Assembly: GCA_965368975.1 (NCBI GenBank)
Contig: CBDUPA010000002.1
Coordinates: forward strand, 457,824-521,823
Direction: 5' to 3'
Origin: an uncultured bacterium
Lineage (GTDB): Bacteria > Acidobacteriota > Thermoanaerobaculia > Multivoradales > JAHZIX01
DNA length: 64,000 nucleotides
Made by a program: the position numbers and the translations under genes. Every line of letters begins with the position of its first letter. Within the stretch, counting starts at the first letter, position 1. Positions 1 through 10,907 of the stretch are shown here, in pieces. Under the pieces are notes generated by a model. It searched no databases. It had not been told where the DNA came from and worked only from the letters and a program-made list of their open reading frames with translations.

Positions 1-636
1 TCTGCCAAGTTCGACGTGGTGGTCTTCGATACCGACGGTCGAGTGCTGGTGGAGATCGAAGGCTACACCTTGCGCCGGCTGAGTGCTGAGCAGCTCGCCG
101 TACCGACCACGCAGCCGGCCGAGGAAGCACCGCTGGCACAGGCCATTCGCAATGCCGAGGGAATCGAAGTGCTCGAGCGGATCCTGGCGGACCAGCTACC
201 GCAACGAGGCCTGGCGCAGGTGGCCGTCTCGACGGTTGATTTCGCAGCGCGGCTCGCACGGCTCGGCGAGACCCGCGCGCAGGTCGAGGGAGACGGCACC
301 ACCGCGAGCCACGCCAGACCCAACCTCTCGACGACCTACGTGGCGCCGAGTTCGGAGTTCGAGCGACACGTCGCCGAGGTGTGGAGGGAGTTGCTCGGCG
401 TCGAGGAGCTCGGAGTTCACGACGACTTCTTCGAACTGGGTGGCCATTCGATCTTGGCAACGCAGAGCGCGGCCCGGTTGCGGGAGAAGCTCGGCACGGA
501 CATGCCCTTGGACGAGTTCTTCGAAGCCAACACCATCGCGCAGCTGGCGCAGCGTCTACTCGACTTTGAAGCCGAGACAGCGGCGGAGGGCGCCGGCGCG
601 AGATCTTTGGGCGACATCGAAGAAGGCTCCCTGTGA
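1..636 (+). CDS. C-terminal end of an NRPS/PKS protein (5-prime partial; the gene begins upstream of the window), ending in a peptidyl carrier protein domain and a short C-terminal docking tail
   Basis: Frame 1 is open from nt 1. Translation contains the PCP core YVAPSSEFERHVAEVWRELLGVEELGVHDDFFELGGHSILAT (GGHS phosphopantetheine site near nt 440-452). The TGA stop at 634-636 overlaps the GTG start of the next NRPS gene (GTGA). Confidence 0.8.
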   Translation, partial: SAKFDVVVFDTDGRVLVEIEGYTLRRLSAEQLAVPTTQPAEEAPLAQAIRNAEGIEVLERILADQLPQRGLAQVAVSTVDFAARLARLGETRAQVEGDGTTASHARPNLSTTYVAPSSEFERHVAEVWRELLGVEELGVHDDFFELGGHSILATQSAARLREKLGTDMPLDEFFEANTIAQLAQRLLDFEAETAAEGAGARSLGDIEEGSL

Positions 637-3600
637 ACCGAGCTATCGAAACACTGTGGCTGGCCCTGGACAGCGGCTTGCAGCTCTGGGTCGACGGCGA
701 TCAACTGCGCTTTCGAAGCGCCACGGGAGCTTTGACGGACGAGCTGAAGGCACGGCTCAAAGCGCACAAGACGGAACTGCTCGACCTGATCGGTCCGGGA
801 CGCAAGCTGTGCCTGCCGGCGTTGGCCCAGCAGAGACTGTGGTTCTTGCAGCAACTCGACCCGCACAGCCCGGCGTACAACCTGCCGGCCGTGTCGCGAC
901 TGCAGGGGCAGCTGGATGCCCATGCCTTGGCGCGGGCGCTGGCGCGCATCGTCGAGCGTCACGAGAGCTTGCGGACCGTGTTCGTGCTGCTCGACGGCCG
1001 GGTCGCCCAGTCCGTGGTGACGGCGCGGACATCGGTGCCCGTAGTGGACCTGAGCCGCTTGCCACCGGCCTTGGTGGAGCGCCTGGCGCAAGAGCTGGCG
1101 TCGCGGGAAGTGCAGAGCGCCTTCGACCTGGCTAGCGGACCGCTGGTGCACTTCCGACTGTTTCGACTGGGTCCAGAGGATCACGCGCTGGTGATCAACA
1201 TCCACCACAGCGTCTATGACGGCTGGTCGGTGGGCTTGTTGTTCGGTGAGCTGGTGGCCTTGTACAACTTCGAGGTCGATGGGCGCGGCGAGCCGGCAGT
1301 GCCACCTGGAGTCCCACCCGTTCCGGACCTACCGCTGCAGTATGCGGACTACGCTCTGTGGCAACGCGAGCAGCTGCAAGGCGCGCTTCTGGAGCGCCTG
1401 CTCGACTACTGGCGCGAACGGCTACCACGCGTGCCGTCGGCCCTCGACCTACCGGGTCAACTCACACTGCGGCGCAACCCTGTTGCCCGAAACGACGACG
1501 GGTCCCCGAGGGATGCCGGCTTCCTGGGCGACGAGGTGCTCTTCAGCTTCCCGGGCGACGTGCGCGATCGGCTCGAAACACTGGCTCGGCAGCGTGGCAC
1601 CAGCCTGCCAGTGGTGCTGCTCGCCGGCTTCCAGACGCTGCTCCACGCCTACACCGGCGCACCGGCGGTGACGCTGGGTCAACCAACAGCGAACCGGACT
1701 CGGCGCGAGGTGGAAGCCCTGATCGGCTTCTTCGCCAACATCGTGGTCTTGCACACCGATCTGCGGGGTGATCCGAGCTTCGACGAGCTTCTGACGCGCG
1801 CGCAGATAACGGCGCGCGGCGCCGGAGCGCACCAGGAGTTACCCTTCGACCGCTTGGTGGAGGAGCTGGCACCCGAACGGGACCCGGCACGAAGGAATCC
1901 GCTGTTCCAGATCTTCTTCGCGGTGCAGAACGCGCCGCGCGGCGAGGCGCGGCTACGGGGCCTGACACTGCAACCCCTGCCCTTCGCGGCACGGGTGACG
2001 CGCTTCGACCTGGAAGTCCACCTGACACCGGCACCAGACAGTGCCAGTGGCGGCAGTGGCAGTCGCAGTAGCAGCGGCATCCTGTGCCACGTGATCTACA
2101 GCACAGCCCTGCTGGAGCGCACCGCCGTGGAGCGGCTGCCACGGCATCTGCTGCGCATTCTGGAGCAGGCGGTAGAGCGGCCGGCGCGGCACCTTGGCGG
2201 GTTCCAGCTGCTGACTCGGGCCGAGACTCGGCAGCTGCTCGACTGGACGACAACTGGGGCGCACGGACCGGCAACCGAGCAGGCACTCTTGGGCGCCTTC
2301 AACGCCCACGTCGCCGCCGGGCCAGAGGCAGCCGCACTGGTCGGCGACCACGGATCCATCCTGGCAACGCGACGCGAAGTGCAGGACGCGGCGACTCGCG
2401 AGGCTCAGGAGCAGGGCAACAATCCGCTCCAGGCACTACTCGATGTCGGTGGCCTGCCGGCGTTACTGGAGGCAGCAAACCCGCACCTGCGCCTGCTCGG
2501 ACCGACCGGACAACCGGCACCGATCGGCGTCTGGGCTTCCATCGACGTCTGTCTGCCGCGGGCCGGCGAGATGACTCCCGTGCCCAGCCGAGCCTTCCAG
2601 GGACGTTGGCGCTCCAACGGCGGCATCGAGCTGCGCCCGGCTGGAAGCCCGGTTGGCAGCAGGCCCGCCGGAACCGTGGATGCACACCGGCTGTGGCGGC
2701 AGGGTGCTCTTGTTGACACCCGGGTGATCGAACGTCGGCTGCTGGACTTGCGCTTTGGCGAGACTGGACTGAGCGGTGCGGCGGTGCGTGCACGGCGGGT
2801 GTTCAGCAACCCAGCGCGGGCGTGTGACCGCGGGGAGAATGATAGCGAACTCGTGGCGTGGGTGACGGCGAGCGTATCGCTGGCACCGGAACGGCTGGAC
2901 GCCGTAATGCGCGAGACCTTTTTGGCGAGGCAGGTAGACCCGCGTTGGATTCCACAGGCAATCGTCCAGGTGTCCTTGTTGCCCCTGACCCAGGACGGCC
3001 AGCTCGACGAGCGCGCGCTGCAGCGGGTGGAAGTGCCGACACCGGACATCCTACAGCGCTGGCGAACCCGCTTGCGGGCACTGCCGGAAGTTCGTGACGT
3101 GGAGGTAGTGTCGATCCAAGTGCCGCGGACGCTGGACCGCTACCACCGGGACGACCTTGTGCCTCCCGGCGAAGGTGTCTCGCCAGCTGCCACGGACACC
3201 ACAACGCGGACCGCTGCTCGCGAGGCGGCCGTTCTCGAGATTCCGCCGGCCGAGACGCCGCCTGCCGAGGCATCGTCGACCGTGGCGGATGGCGGTCCGC
3301 TGGAGCTGCCGGCCGAGGCGCCAAGAACGCTGGGAGAGGCTCTGCTGCGAACAGCGCGGGAGCATGCCGAGCACGGCATTGCCTACATCGGCGCGGATGG
3401 TAGCGAGGACCGGCAAAGCTATCCGCAGCTGCTTGTCGAGGCGCAGGCGATCCTCGGCGGCCTGCGCCGGGACGGCCTCGTCGCGGGCGACTATGTGGTG
3501 CTGCAGTTCGAGGACATCCGCCTGCACCTGACGACTTTCTGGGCCTGCATCCTCGGTGGTCTCGTACCGGTGACCGTGGCGGTACCGCCGTCCTACGAGG

Positions 3601-6600
3601 TCGACGAAGCCGGCGAGTACAACGCCGTGGCGCTCAAGCTGCTCAACACTTGGCGCTTGCTCGGCCATGCCGCGGTGCTGACGCAGGTATCGCTCGCTGG
3701 CGCACTCGCAAGGTTGGGACTCGAGCCGCCGATCCATGCCATTGTGGTCGATCCCTTCCTCGAGCGGAAGCCGGCGACACCGCGTACCGCCGACTCCCAC
3801 GACGTGGCTTTCTTGCAGCTGACCTCCGGCAGCACGGGCATTCCGAAGTGTATCCAGGAGACCCACCACGGCATCGCCCACCACATCGAGGGCTCGCGCC
3901 TGGTCAACGGCAACAGCGCACGCGACATCACGCTGAACTGGCTACCACTGGACCACGTGGTGCCGATGCTCACCTACCACATCAAGGACGTCTATCTGGG
4001 CTGCCGGCAAGTGCAGCTGGCAGGTGCCCGCGTGTTCGCGGATCCACTGTGCTGGCTGGATGCCCTGGAAAGGCACGGCGTCACCCACAGCTGGGCGCCC
4101 AACTTCGGCTTCAAGCTCGTTGCCGATGCCCTGGCGCAAGCATCGCCGTCGCGGTCCGCACAGGTCTGGGATCTCAGCCGCCTGCAGTTGCTGATGAATG
4201 CGGGCGAGCAAGTGACGCTGCCGGTGGTCGACGACTTTCTCCGGCGCACGGCACCCTTCGATGTGCGACCCGAAGTGATGCAGCCGGCCTACGGCATGGC
4301 TGAGCTGTGTACCGCCATGACCTACGCCAACGGCTTCCGGCCGGAAACTGGCGCCTTTCGCTGCCGCAAGGCTGGCCTGGGCGAGGCTCTCGTGGCCGCC
4401 GACACTGGGGATCCTCTGGGTGTCGACTTCATCGACGTCGGCCCGCCGATTCCGGGGGTACGGCTGCGCGTGGTGAATGCCGACAGCCGACCGTTACCGG
4501 AGGGAGTCGTGGGTCGGCTACAAGTCGCGGGCGCCATCGTCACTCCCGGCTACCTCAACAACGAGGCGGCCAACCGGGAGGCTTTCCCGCGAACCTACGA
4601 AGACGACGGCGTCTGGTTCCACACCGGCGATCTGGCCTTCCTGCGAGGTGGTCACCTCACGATCACGGGACGCGAGAAGGAAGTGATCATCGTCCGCGGG
4701 GCCAACTTCTACTGCTACGAGATCGAGGACATCGTTTCGAGCGTTGACGGCGTCGCGGCCACCTTCAGTGCCGCCTGCGCACTGGAAGACCCCGTGACCG
4801 GCACCGAAGGGCTGGCGATTTTCTTCGTCCCGGAGTCACCAGATCCTGAGGCGTCGCATTGCAGGTTGGACACGACTGTGTCTCGCCGCGTGGCCCGGCT
4901 GGCCGATGCAGTGCAGGCGGCAGTGACGGAGCGGTTGGGAATCAGTCCGTCCGTGGTCTTGCCGCTGGCGCCCGAGGACTTCCCAAAGACGACGAGTGGC
5001 AAGATTCAGCGTACTCGGCTGAAGGAGGCGCTGGAGACCGGTGAGTTCGACGAGCTGCGGCGCCGACTCGACTTGCAGGTCGATGCGCTGGCTGGGCCGC
5101 TCGGTACAGAGAGAACGGTACCAGCCTGGTTTCACCAGCGCGTATGGCGGCGTTGCCCGCTATCAGCCAAGCCGCGCCGGAACCGCGAGATACGCGTTCG
5201 GATGCTCGTTCCAAGGGATGCGAGTGGGTCTGCGGAGAGCACGCGTCTAGCCGCAGTGGTGCGAGAACAGCTGCAGCAGCAAGAGGCTACCGTCGACGGG
5301 TACCAGCTGCCGGCCACCGCGGAGCTGGCGCAAGCGTTACAGCCAGGAGACACTCTGATCTACCTGGGAGCCTGGAATGCTACTCCGCGCGTTGAGACAG
5401 CGGAAGATCTGACCAGGCTGCAGGAAGTTTGGGTTCGAGATGTGCTGGAGTTGGTGAGTTCGCTGCAGACCGTACCGCCGGAACGACGACGCGGGCTGCA
5501 CCTCCTGGTTCCGACGGCAAGCTCGCACCATGTGGGACCCGCAACGGGCGACCCTTCGGTCGGCACGGCGTCCGATGAGGCAGAATCGGCCCGGGGGTCG
5601 CAAGCAAGGGAACCGCAAGGCCGCAATGGCTGGGTGTACGCTGGGGTCTCCTCGGTGTTCAAGACTTGGAGCCAGGAGCAGCCCTGGCTGCAGGCACGCC
5701 ACCTGGACCTGCCTGCCACTGCTTCGCATCTCGAACTGGCGCGGCACCTGGTGGCCGAGGTCGCGGCGCAGCACGGAGCCGGAGCGGTGAGCGCGGCAAC
5801 CCTGGAGGACGTCGCCTGGCGGGATGGGACACGCTATGTGACTCGCTTGCGCCCCCTGAGGATGAAACCACCGGCGGCGGAGTCCTCAGCGGTCGAGATC
5901 TTCTCACGCCGTAGCCGCTGGTTGTTGACCGGCGGGTTGGGAGGGATTGGCCGACGGCTGGCAGCGTGGCTCCTACGGGAGCGTGGCGCCCGGCTCTTGC
6001 TGACCGGGCGACGGTCGGCCCAGGATTCCGACATCGTGCGCGAACTCCAGGCGCTCGCGACACTCGGCGACGTCACCTACGTGTCCTGCGACGTGACCGA
6101 CGGTGCCGCATTGGAAACGGCCGTTGCGAGGGCCGAGAAGGCTTGGGGCGCGACGCTCTCGGGAGCCGTGCATCTGGCTGGCAGCTACCACGAAGCGCTG
6201 CTGTCGGATGAGAGCGTCGAGGGCTTCCTGCGCCCGTGGCGGTCGAAGGTGCTGGGCGGATGGCAATTACGCCAGCTTCTCGCGGCGCGGCCAGAAAGCC
6301 AGCTCATCGCCTTCTCCTCGGTCAACGGATCTCTTGGCGGCCGCGGTGTCGCAGCCTACGGGGCGGCGAATGCGGGGCTCGAAGGACTGTGCGCGATGCC
6401 TTGCCGTGACGGACCACGAGTTCACACGCTGGCCTGGAGCCTCTGGCAGGACGTCGGCATGAGCCAGGGTTTCGCCGCTGGCGAGGCTGCGCGGGCGCGC
6501 GGCTTCCTGCCGGTCTCGGCACCGGCGGGGTTGCTCTCTCTACAAGCCGTGCTTGGCCGGATGGGTCCTCAGGACGCTTCGCGGCAAGAAGCCTCGGCGC

Positions 6601-7988
6601 TTCTCGTGGGACTCGACGACCGGCAGCCACACGTGCGGCAGATCCTCGAGCTGCCGGGCAGCGAGCCCAAGGACCTGCGTGCTTGGCAGCTCGCGGCTGC
6701 CATGGTGATCGAGGGCGGGGTGCAGCCACGGCTGGATGACTTCGCTTTGCGGGACCGCTTCGGCACCCCGGCTCCGTGCAGCACCCACGAAGTCGACACC
6801 TTACCGCGCGGCACGGACGGTGGCGTCGACACGCCCACATTGCGCAGGCGGCTTCAGCAGCTGGTCACGGGTCGGACGACAGTAGACCGGCACGTGGCAC
6901 CGCGCAGCGACCTGGAAGCCCGACTGGCTGAGCTGTGGCAAGAGCTCTTGGGTGGTGCTTCACCTAGCGTGCGAGACAATTTCTTCCGTCTGGGCGGCCA
7001 CTCCCTGTTGGCGTCGCGACTGGTTCTGGAGATCGAACGCCGTCTCGACACGCAGCTCCCCGTCTCGGCGCTGTTCCAGGCACCAACCATTGAACGCTTG
7101 GCGCGGATCATCGAGGCCCAGGAGCGGGGAGCCGGAGGCAGGGCCTGGTCGCCGCTTGTGCCGCTACAGCCGGAAGGCGATAGGACGCCCTTCTTTTGCG
7201 TTGCACCGATCATGGGCACGGTGTTTCCCTACTTCGAGCTGGCGCAGTTACTTGGGCCCGGTGCCTTGGACCGTCGGCGGCCGTTCGTCGGCGTCCAGCC
7301 GCTGGGCCTTGCTACTGGCCAGACGGCGCTCGCCACGATCGAGGAGATCACGGAATACTTCCTGACCGAGATCCGGGCACTGCAGCCGACGGGCCCGTAC
7401 TTTCTGGGCGGCTGGTCCTTCGGTAGCTTTGTGGTCTACGAGCTGACGCGCCGGCTACGCCAGCAGGGAGAGGAGATCGCCCTGGCCGCGCTCATCGATA
7501 CGCCAGCACCGCTACCGTCGCAACGACCGTCCTTCCTGCACGGTCTGCGCTTCCTCTTCGCCACTTTGCTGCGAAACTTTTGGCCGTGGGTCAAGGATTA
7601 CTTCGCCCTGCAACGCACTGGCGATTTCGGAGACGAGAAAGACAGCCGCGGTCTGTGGCAACGCTTGTTGGAGCGAGCAACGCTGGCCGAGGTGATCCCA
7701 GAGGAGTCGCGAGAGGTGATGTCGCACCAGCCACAGATCCGTGCCATGTTGCGCGCCATGCGCGCCAACAGCGAGGCGATGGGACGCTACCAACCGCGAG
7801 CCGCAGACGTGCGCGTGCTGCTGCTGCGCACCGAGCACAGCTGGAGTCGCAGCGAGGACGAGACGCTCGGCTGGAGCGAACTGGCCCTGGGCGGCGTCGA
7901 GGTGGAGCGGCTGCCGGGCAATCACATGACGCTGCTGCGGAAGCCGCACGTGGAGACGGTAGCGCGAGTGCTCGCGCGGTACCTGTAG
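633..7988 (+). CDS. Non-ribosomal peptide synthetase terminal module, 2451 aa: N-terminal docking, C, degenerate A remnant, acyl-AMP-ligase (FAAL)-like adenylation, KR, PCP, TE
   Basis: Single long ORF. C-domain motifs LPALAQQRLWFL and HHSVYDGWS. A-domain C-terminal motif remnant LLPLTQDGQLDERAL. FAAL-like motifs FLQLTSGSTGIPK, FHTGDLAFL and TGREKEVIIVRGANFYCYEIED. KR Rossmann motif LLTGGLGGIGRRLA with YGAANA. PCP motif FFRLGGHSLLAS. TE motifs GGWSFGS and GNHMTLL. Start is GTG at 633, coupled to the upstream stop. Confidence 0.9.
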   Translation: MNRAIETLWLALDSGLQLWVDGDQLRFRSATGALTDELKARLKAHKTELLDLIGPGRKLCLPALAQQRLWFLQQLDPHSPAYNLPAVSRLQGQLDAHALARALARIVERHESLRTVFVLLDGRVAQSVVTARTSVPVVDLSRLPPALVERLAQELASREVQSAFDLASGPLVHFRLFRLGPEDHALVINIHHSVYDGWSVGLLFGELVALYNFEVDGRGEPAVPPGVPPVPDLPLQYADYALWQREQLQGALLERLLDYWRERLPRVPSALDLPGQLTLRRNPVARNDDGSPRDAGFLGDEVLFSFPGDVRDRLETLARQRGTSLPVVLLAGFQTLLHAYTGAPAVTLGQPTANRTRREVEALIGFFANIVVLHTDLRGDPSFDELLTRAQITARGAGAHQELPFDRLVEELAPERDPARRNPLFQIFFAVQNAPRGEARLRGLTLQPLPFAARVTRFDLEVHLTPAPDSASGGSGSRSSSGILCHVIYSTALLERTAVERLPRHLLRILEQAVERPARHLGGFQLLTRAETRQLLDWTTTGAHGPATEQALLGAFNAHVAAGPEAAALVGDHGSILATRREVQDAATREAQEQGNNPLQALLDVGGLPALLEAANPHLRLLGPTGQPAPIGVWASIDVCLPRAGEMTPVPSRAFQGRWRSNGGIELRPAGSPVGSRPAGTVDAHRLWRQGALVDTRVIERRLLDLRFGETGLSGAAVRARRVFSNPARACDRGENDSELVAWVTASVSLAPERLDAVMRETFLARQVDPRWIPQAIVQVSLLPLTQDGQLDERALQRVEVPTPDILQRWRTRLRALPEVRDVEVVSIQVPRTLDRYHRDDLVPPGEGVSPAATDTTTRTAAREAAVLEIPPAETPPAEASSTVADGGPLELPAEAPRTLGEALLRTAREHAEHGIAYIGADGSEDRQSYPQLLVEAQAILGGLRRDGLVAGDYVVLQFEDIRLHLTTFWACILGGLVPVTVAVPPSYEVDEAGEYNAVALKLLNTWRLLGHAAVLTQVSLAGALARLGLEPPIHAIVVDPFLERKPATPRTADSHDVAFLQLTSGSTGIPKCIQETHHGIAHHIEGSRLVNGNSARDITLNWLPLDHVVPMLTYHIKDVYLGCRQVQLAGARVFADPLCWLDALERHGVTHSWAPNFGFKLVADALAQASPSRSAQVWDLSRLQLLMNAGEQVTLPVVDDFLRRTAPFDVRPEVMQPAYGMAELCTAMTYANGFRPETGAFRCRKAGLGEALVAADTGDPLGVDFIDVGPPIPGVRLRVVNADSRPLPEGVVGRLQVAGAIVTPGYLNNEAANREAFPRTYEDDGVWFHTGDLAFLRGGHLTITGREKEVIIVRGANFYCYEIEDIVSSVDGVAATFSAACALEDPVTGTEGLAIFFVPESPDPEASHCRLDTTVSRRVARLADAVQAAVTERLGISPSVVLPLAPEDFPKTTSGKIQRTRLKEALETGEFDELRRRLDLQVDALAGPLGTERTVPAWFHQRVWRRCPLSAKPRRNREIRVRMLVPRDASGSAESTRLAAVVREQLQQQEATVDGYQLPATAELAQALQPGDTLIYLGAWNATPRVETAEDLTRLQEVWVRDVLELVSSLQTVPPERRRGLHLLVPTASSHHVGPATGDPSVGTASDEAESARGSQAREPQGRNGWVYAGVSSVFKTWSQEQPWLQARHLDLPATASHLELARHLVAEVAAQHGAGAVSAATLEDVAWRDGTRYVTRLRPLRMKPPAAESSAVEIFSRRSRWLLTGGLGGIGRRLAAWLLRERGARLLLTGRRSAQDSDIVRELQALATLGDVTYVSCDVTDGAALETAVARAEKAWGATLSGAVHLAGSYHEALLSDESVEGFLRPWRSKVLGGWQLRQLLAARPESQLIAFSSVNGSLGGRGVAAYGAANAGLEGLCAMPCRDGPRVHTLAWSLWQDVGMSQGFAAGEAARARGFLPVSAPAGLLSLQAVLGRMGPQDASRQEASALLVGLDDRQPHVRQILELPGSEPKDLRAWQLAAAMVIEGGVQPRLDDFALRDRFGTPAPCSTHEVDTLPRGTDGGVDTPTLRRRLQQLVTGRTTVDRHVAPRSDLEARLAELWQELLGGASPSVRDNFFRLGGHSLLASRLVLEIERRLDTQLPVSALFQAPTIERLARIIEAQERGAGGRAWSPLVPLQPEGDRTPFFCVAPIMGTVFPYFELAQLLGPGALDRRRPFVGVQPLGLATGQTALATIEEITEYFLTEIRALQPTGPYFLGGWSFGSFVVYELTRRLRQQGEEIALAALIDTPAPLPSQRPSFLHGLRFLFATLLRNFWPWVKDYFALQRTGDFGDEKDSRGLWQRLLERATLAEVIPEESREVMSHQPQIRAMLRAMRANSEAMGRYQPRAADVRVLLLRTEHSWSRSEDETLGWSELALGGVEVERLPGNHMTLLRKPHVETVARVLARYL
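810..2100 (+). other. NRPS condensation (C) domain
   Basis: Qxxx(L)WF-like LPALAQQRLWFLQQL and the HHxxxDG catalytic motif HHSVYDGWS (nt ~1202-1228). Confidence 0.8.
2200..3050 (+). other. Degenerate or truncated adenylation-domain remnant (only C-terminal A8-A10-like motifs retained)
   Basis: About 280 aa between the C domain and the FAAL-like domain. Retains an A10-like LPLTQDGQLDERALQRV and an RWIPQAIVQV (LPxYMIP-like) stretch. No TSGSTG, no YGPTE, no GELxIxG cores. Confidence 0.5.
3330..5050 (+). other. Acyl-AMP ligase (FAAL/FadD32-like) adenylation domain
   Basis: FLQLTSGSTGIPKC (nt 3816-3857), WFHTGDLAFLRGGHLTITGREKEVIIVRGANFYCYEIED, PKTTSGKIQR. Confidence 0.7.
5900..6450 (+). other. 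Ketoreductase (KR) domain
   Basis: Rossmann GGxGxxG motif WLLTGGLGGIGRRLAAWL (nt ~5929-5952). Also DVTDGAALE and the catalytic region FSSVNGSLGGRGVAAYGAANA. Confidence 0.75.
6880..7100 (+). other. Peptidyl carrier protein (PCP/T) domain
   Basis: LAELWQELLGGASPSVRDNFFRLGGHSLLASRLVLEIERRL (GGHS at nt ~6993). Confidence 0.85.
7170..7985 (+). other. Type I thioesterase (TE) release domain
   Basis: GxSxG motif LGGWSFGSFVVYEL (nt ~7409) and the His-containing LPGNHMTLL near the C-terminus. Confidence 0.8.
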
Positions 7989-7995
7989 CCGGTAC

Positions 7996-8019
7996 CCTCC
8001 GAGCAACCGGAATCGGAGG
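7996..8019. terminator. GC-rich hairpin immediately after the NRPS stop codon (candidate terminator in a convergent gap)
   Basis: cctccga-gcaaccggaa-tcggagg: 7-bp perfect stem, 10-nt loop, 8 nt after the TAG at 7986-7988. No clear U-tract. Confidence 0.35.
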
Positions 8020-8098
8020 CGCCTGACGGCGCAGGGTGGCCCCATGTGGCCGCTCCTACCCGGTGTGCTCGTGACCGGCTAACTCAGTTCGTCAGACC

Positions 8099-8488
8099 TC
8101 AGTTCGTCAGACGCTGCTGCACGCGGGCGCGCTGCAGGGCCGCCTGACGACGCTCAAAGCTGTCTTCGTCCGTCACCAACATGGCATGCGCTTCGTCGAG
8201 GATGCGCTGCGCCGCTTCGGCGTCCAGCTCGTCCAGGCTACGTGCGTTCTCGGTCAGCAGGGTCAACGTGTTGCCCACTACCTGGGCGAAGCCGCTGTCG
8301 ACGTACACAAGGCGCTCGCCTTCGGGGGTCGTCACTTGCAGCACTCCGATTCCCAGCCGGCACAGCAAAGGTGCGTGGTTGGGCAGGATGCCGACCTGAC
8401 CGTCGAACGCAGGTACCACCGCGGAGGTGGCTTCACACTCCAGGAAGGAGCCTTCCGGCGTCACAACGCTGCACTGAAAGGTGGCCAT
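8099..8488 (-). CDS. atpC: F1Fo ATP synthase epsilon subunit
   Basis: 129 aa: MATFQCSVVTPEGSFLECEATSAVVPAFDGQVGILPNHAPLL... typical AtpC beta-sandwich plus C-terminal helices. Last gene of the atp operon. Confidence 0.9.
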   Translation of the reverse strand: MATFQCSVVTPEGSFLECEATSAVVPAFDGQVGILPNHAPLLCRLGIGVLQVTTPEGERLVYVDSGFAQVVGNTLTLLTENARSLDELDAEAAQRILDEAHAMLVTDEDSFERRQAALQRARVQQRLTN

Positions 8489-8498
8489 GAGTTCCGCC

Positions 8499-10873
<2,375 letters not shown>

Positions 10874-10907
10874 GGGTCCTCCCTAGGATATCGGGTGGGC
10901 TTGCGGG

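Noticed and set aside
16-636. ATG at 16 as the start of the first gene
   Set aside because: The frame is open from nt 1 and the product is only the PCP-containing tail of a multidomain synthetase. The gene must begin upstream of the window.
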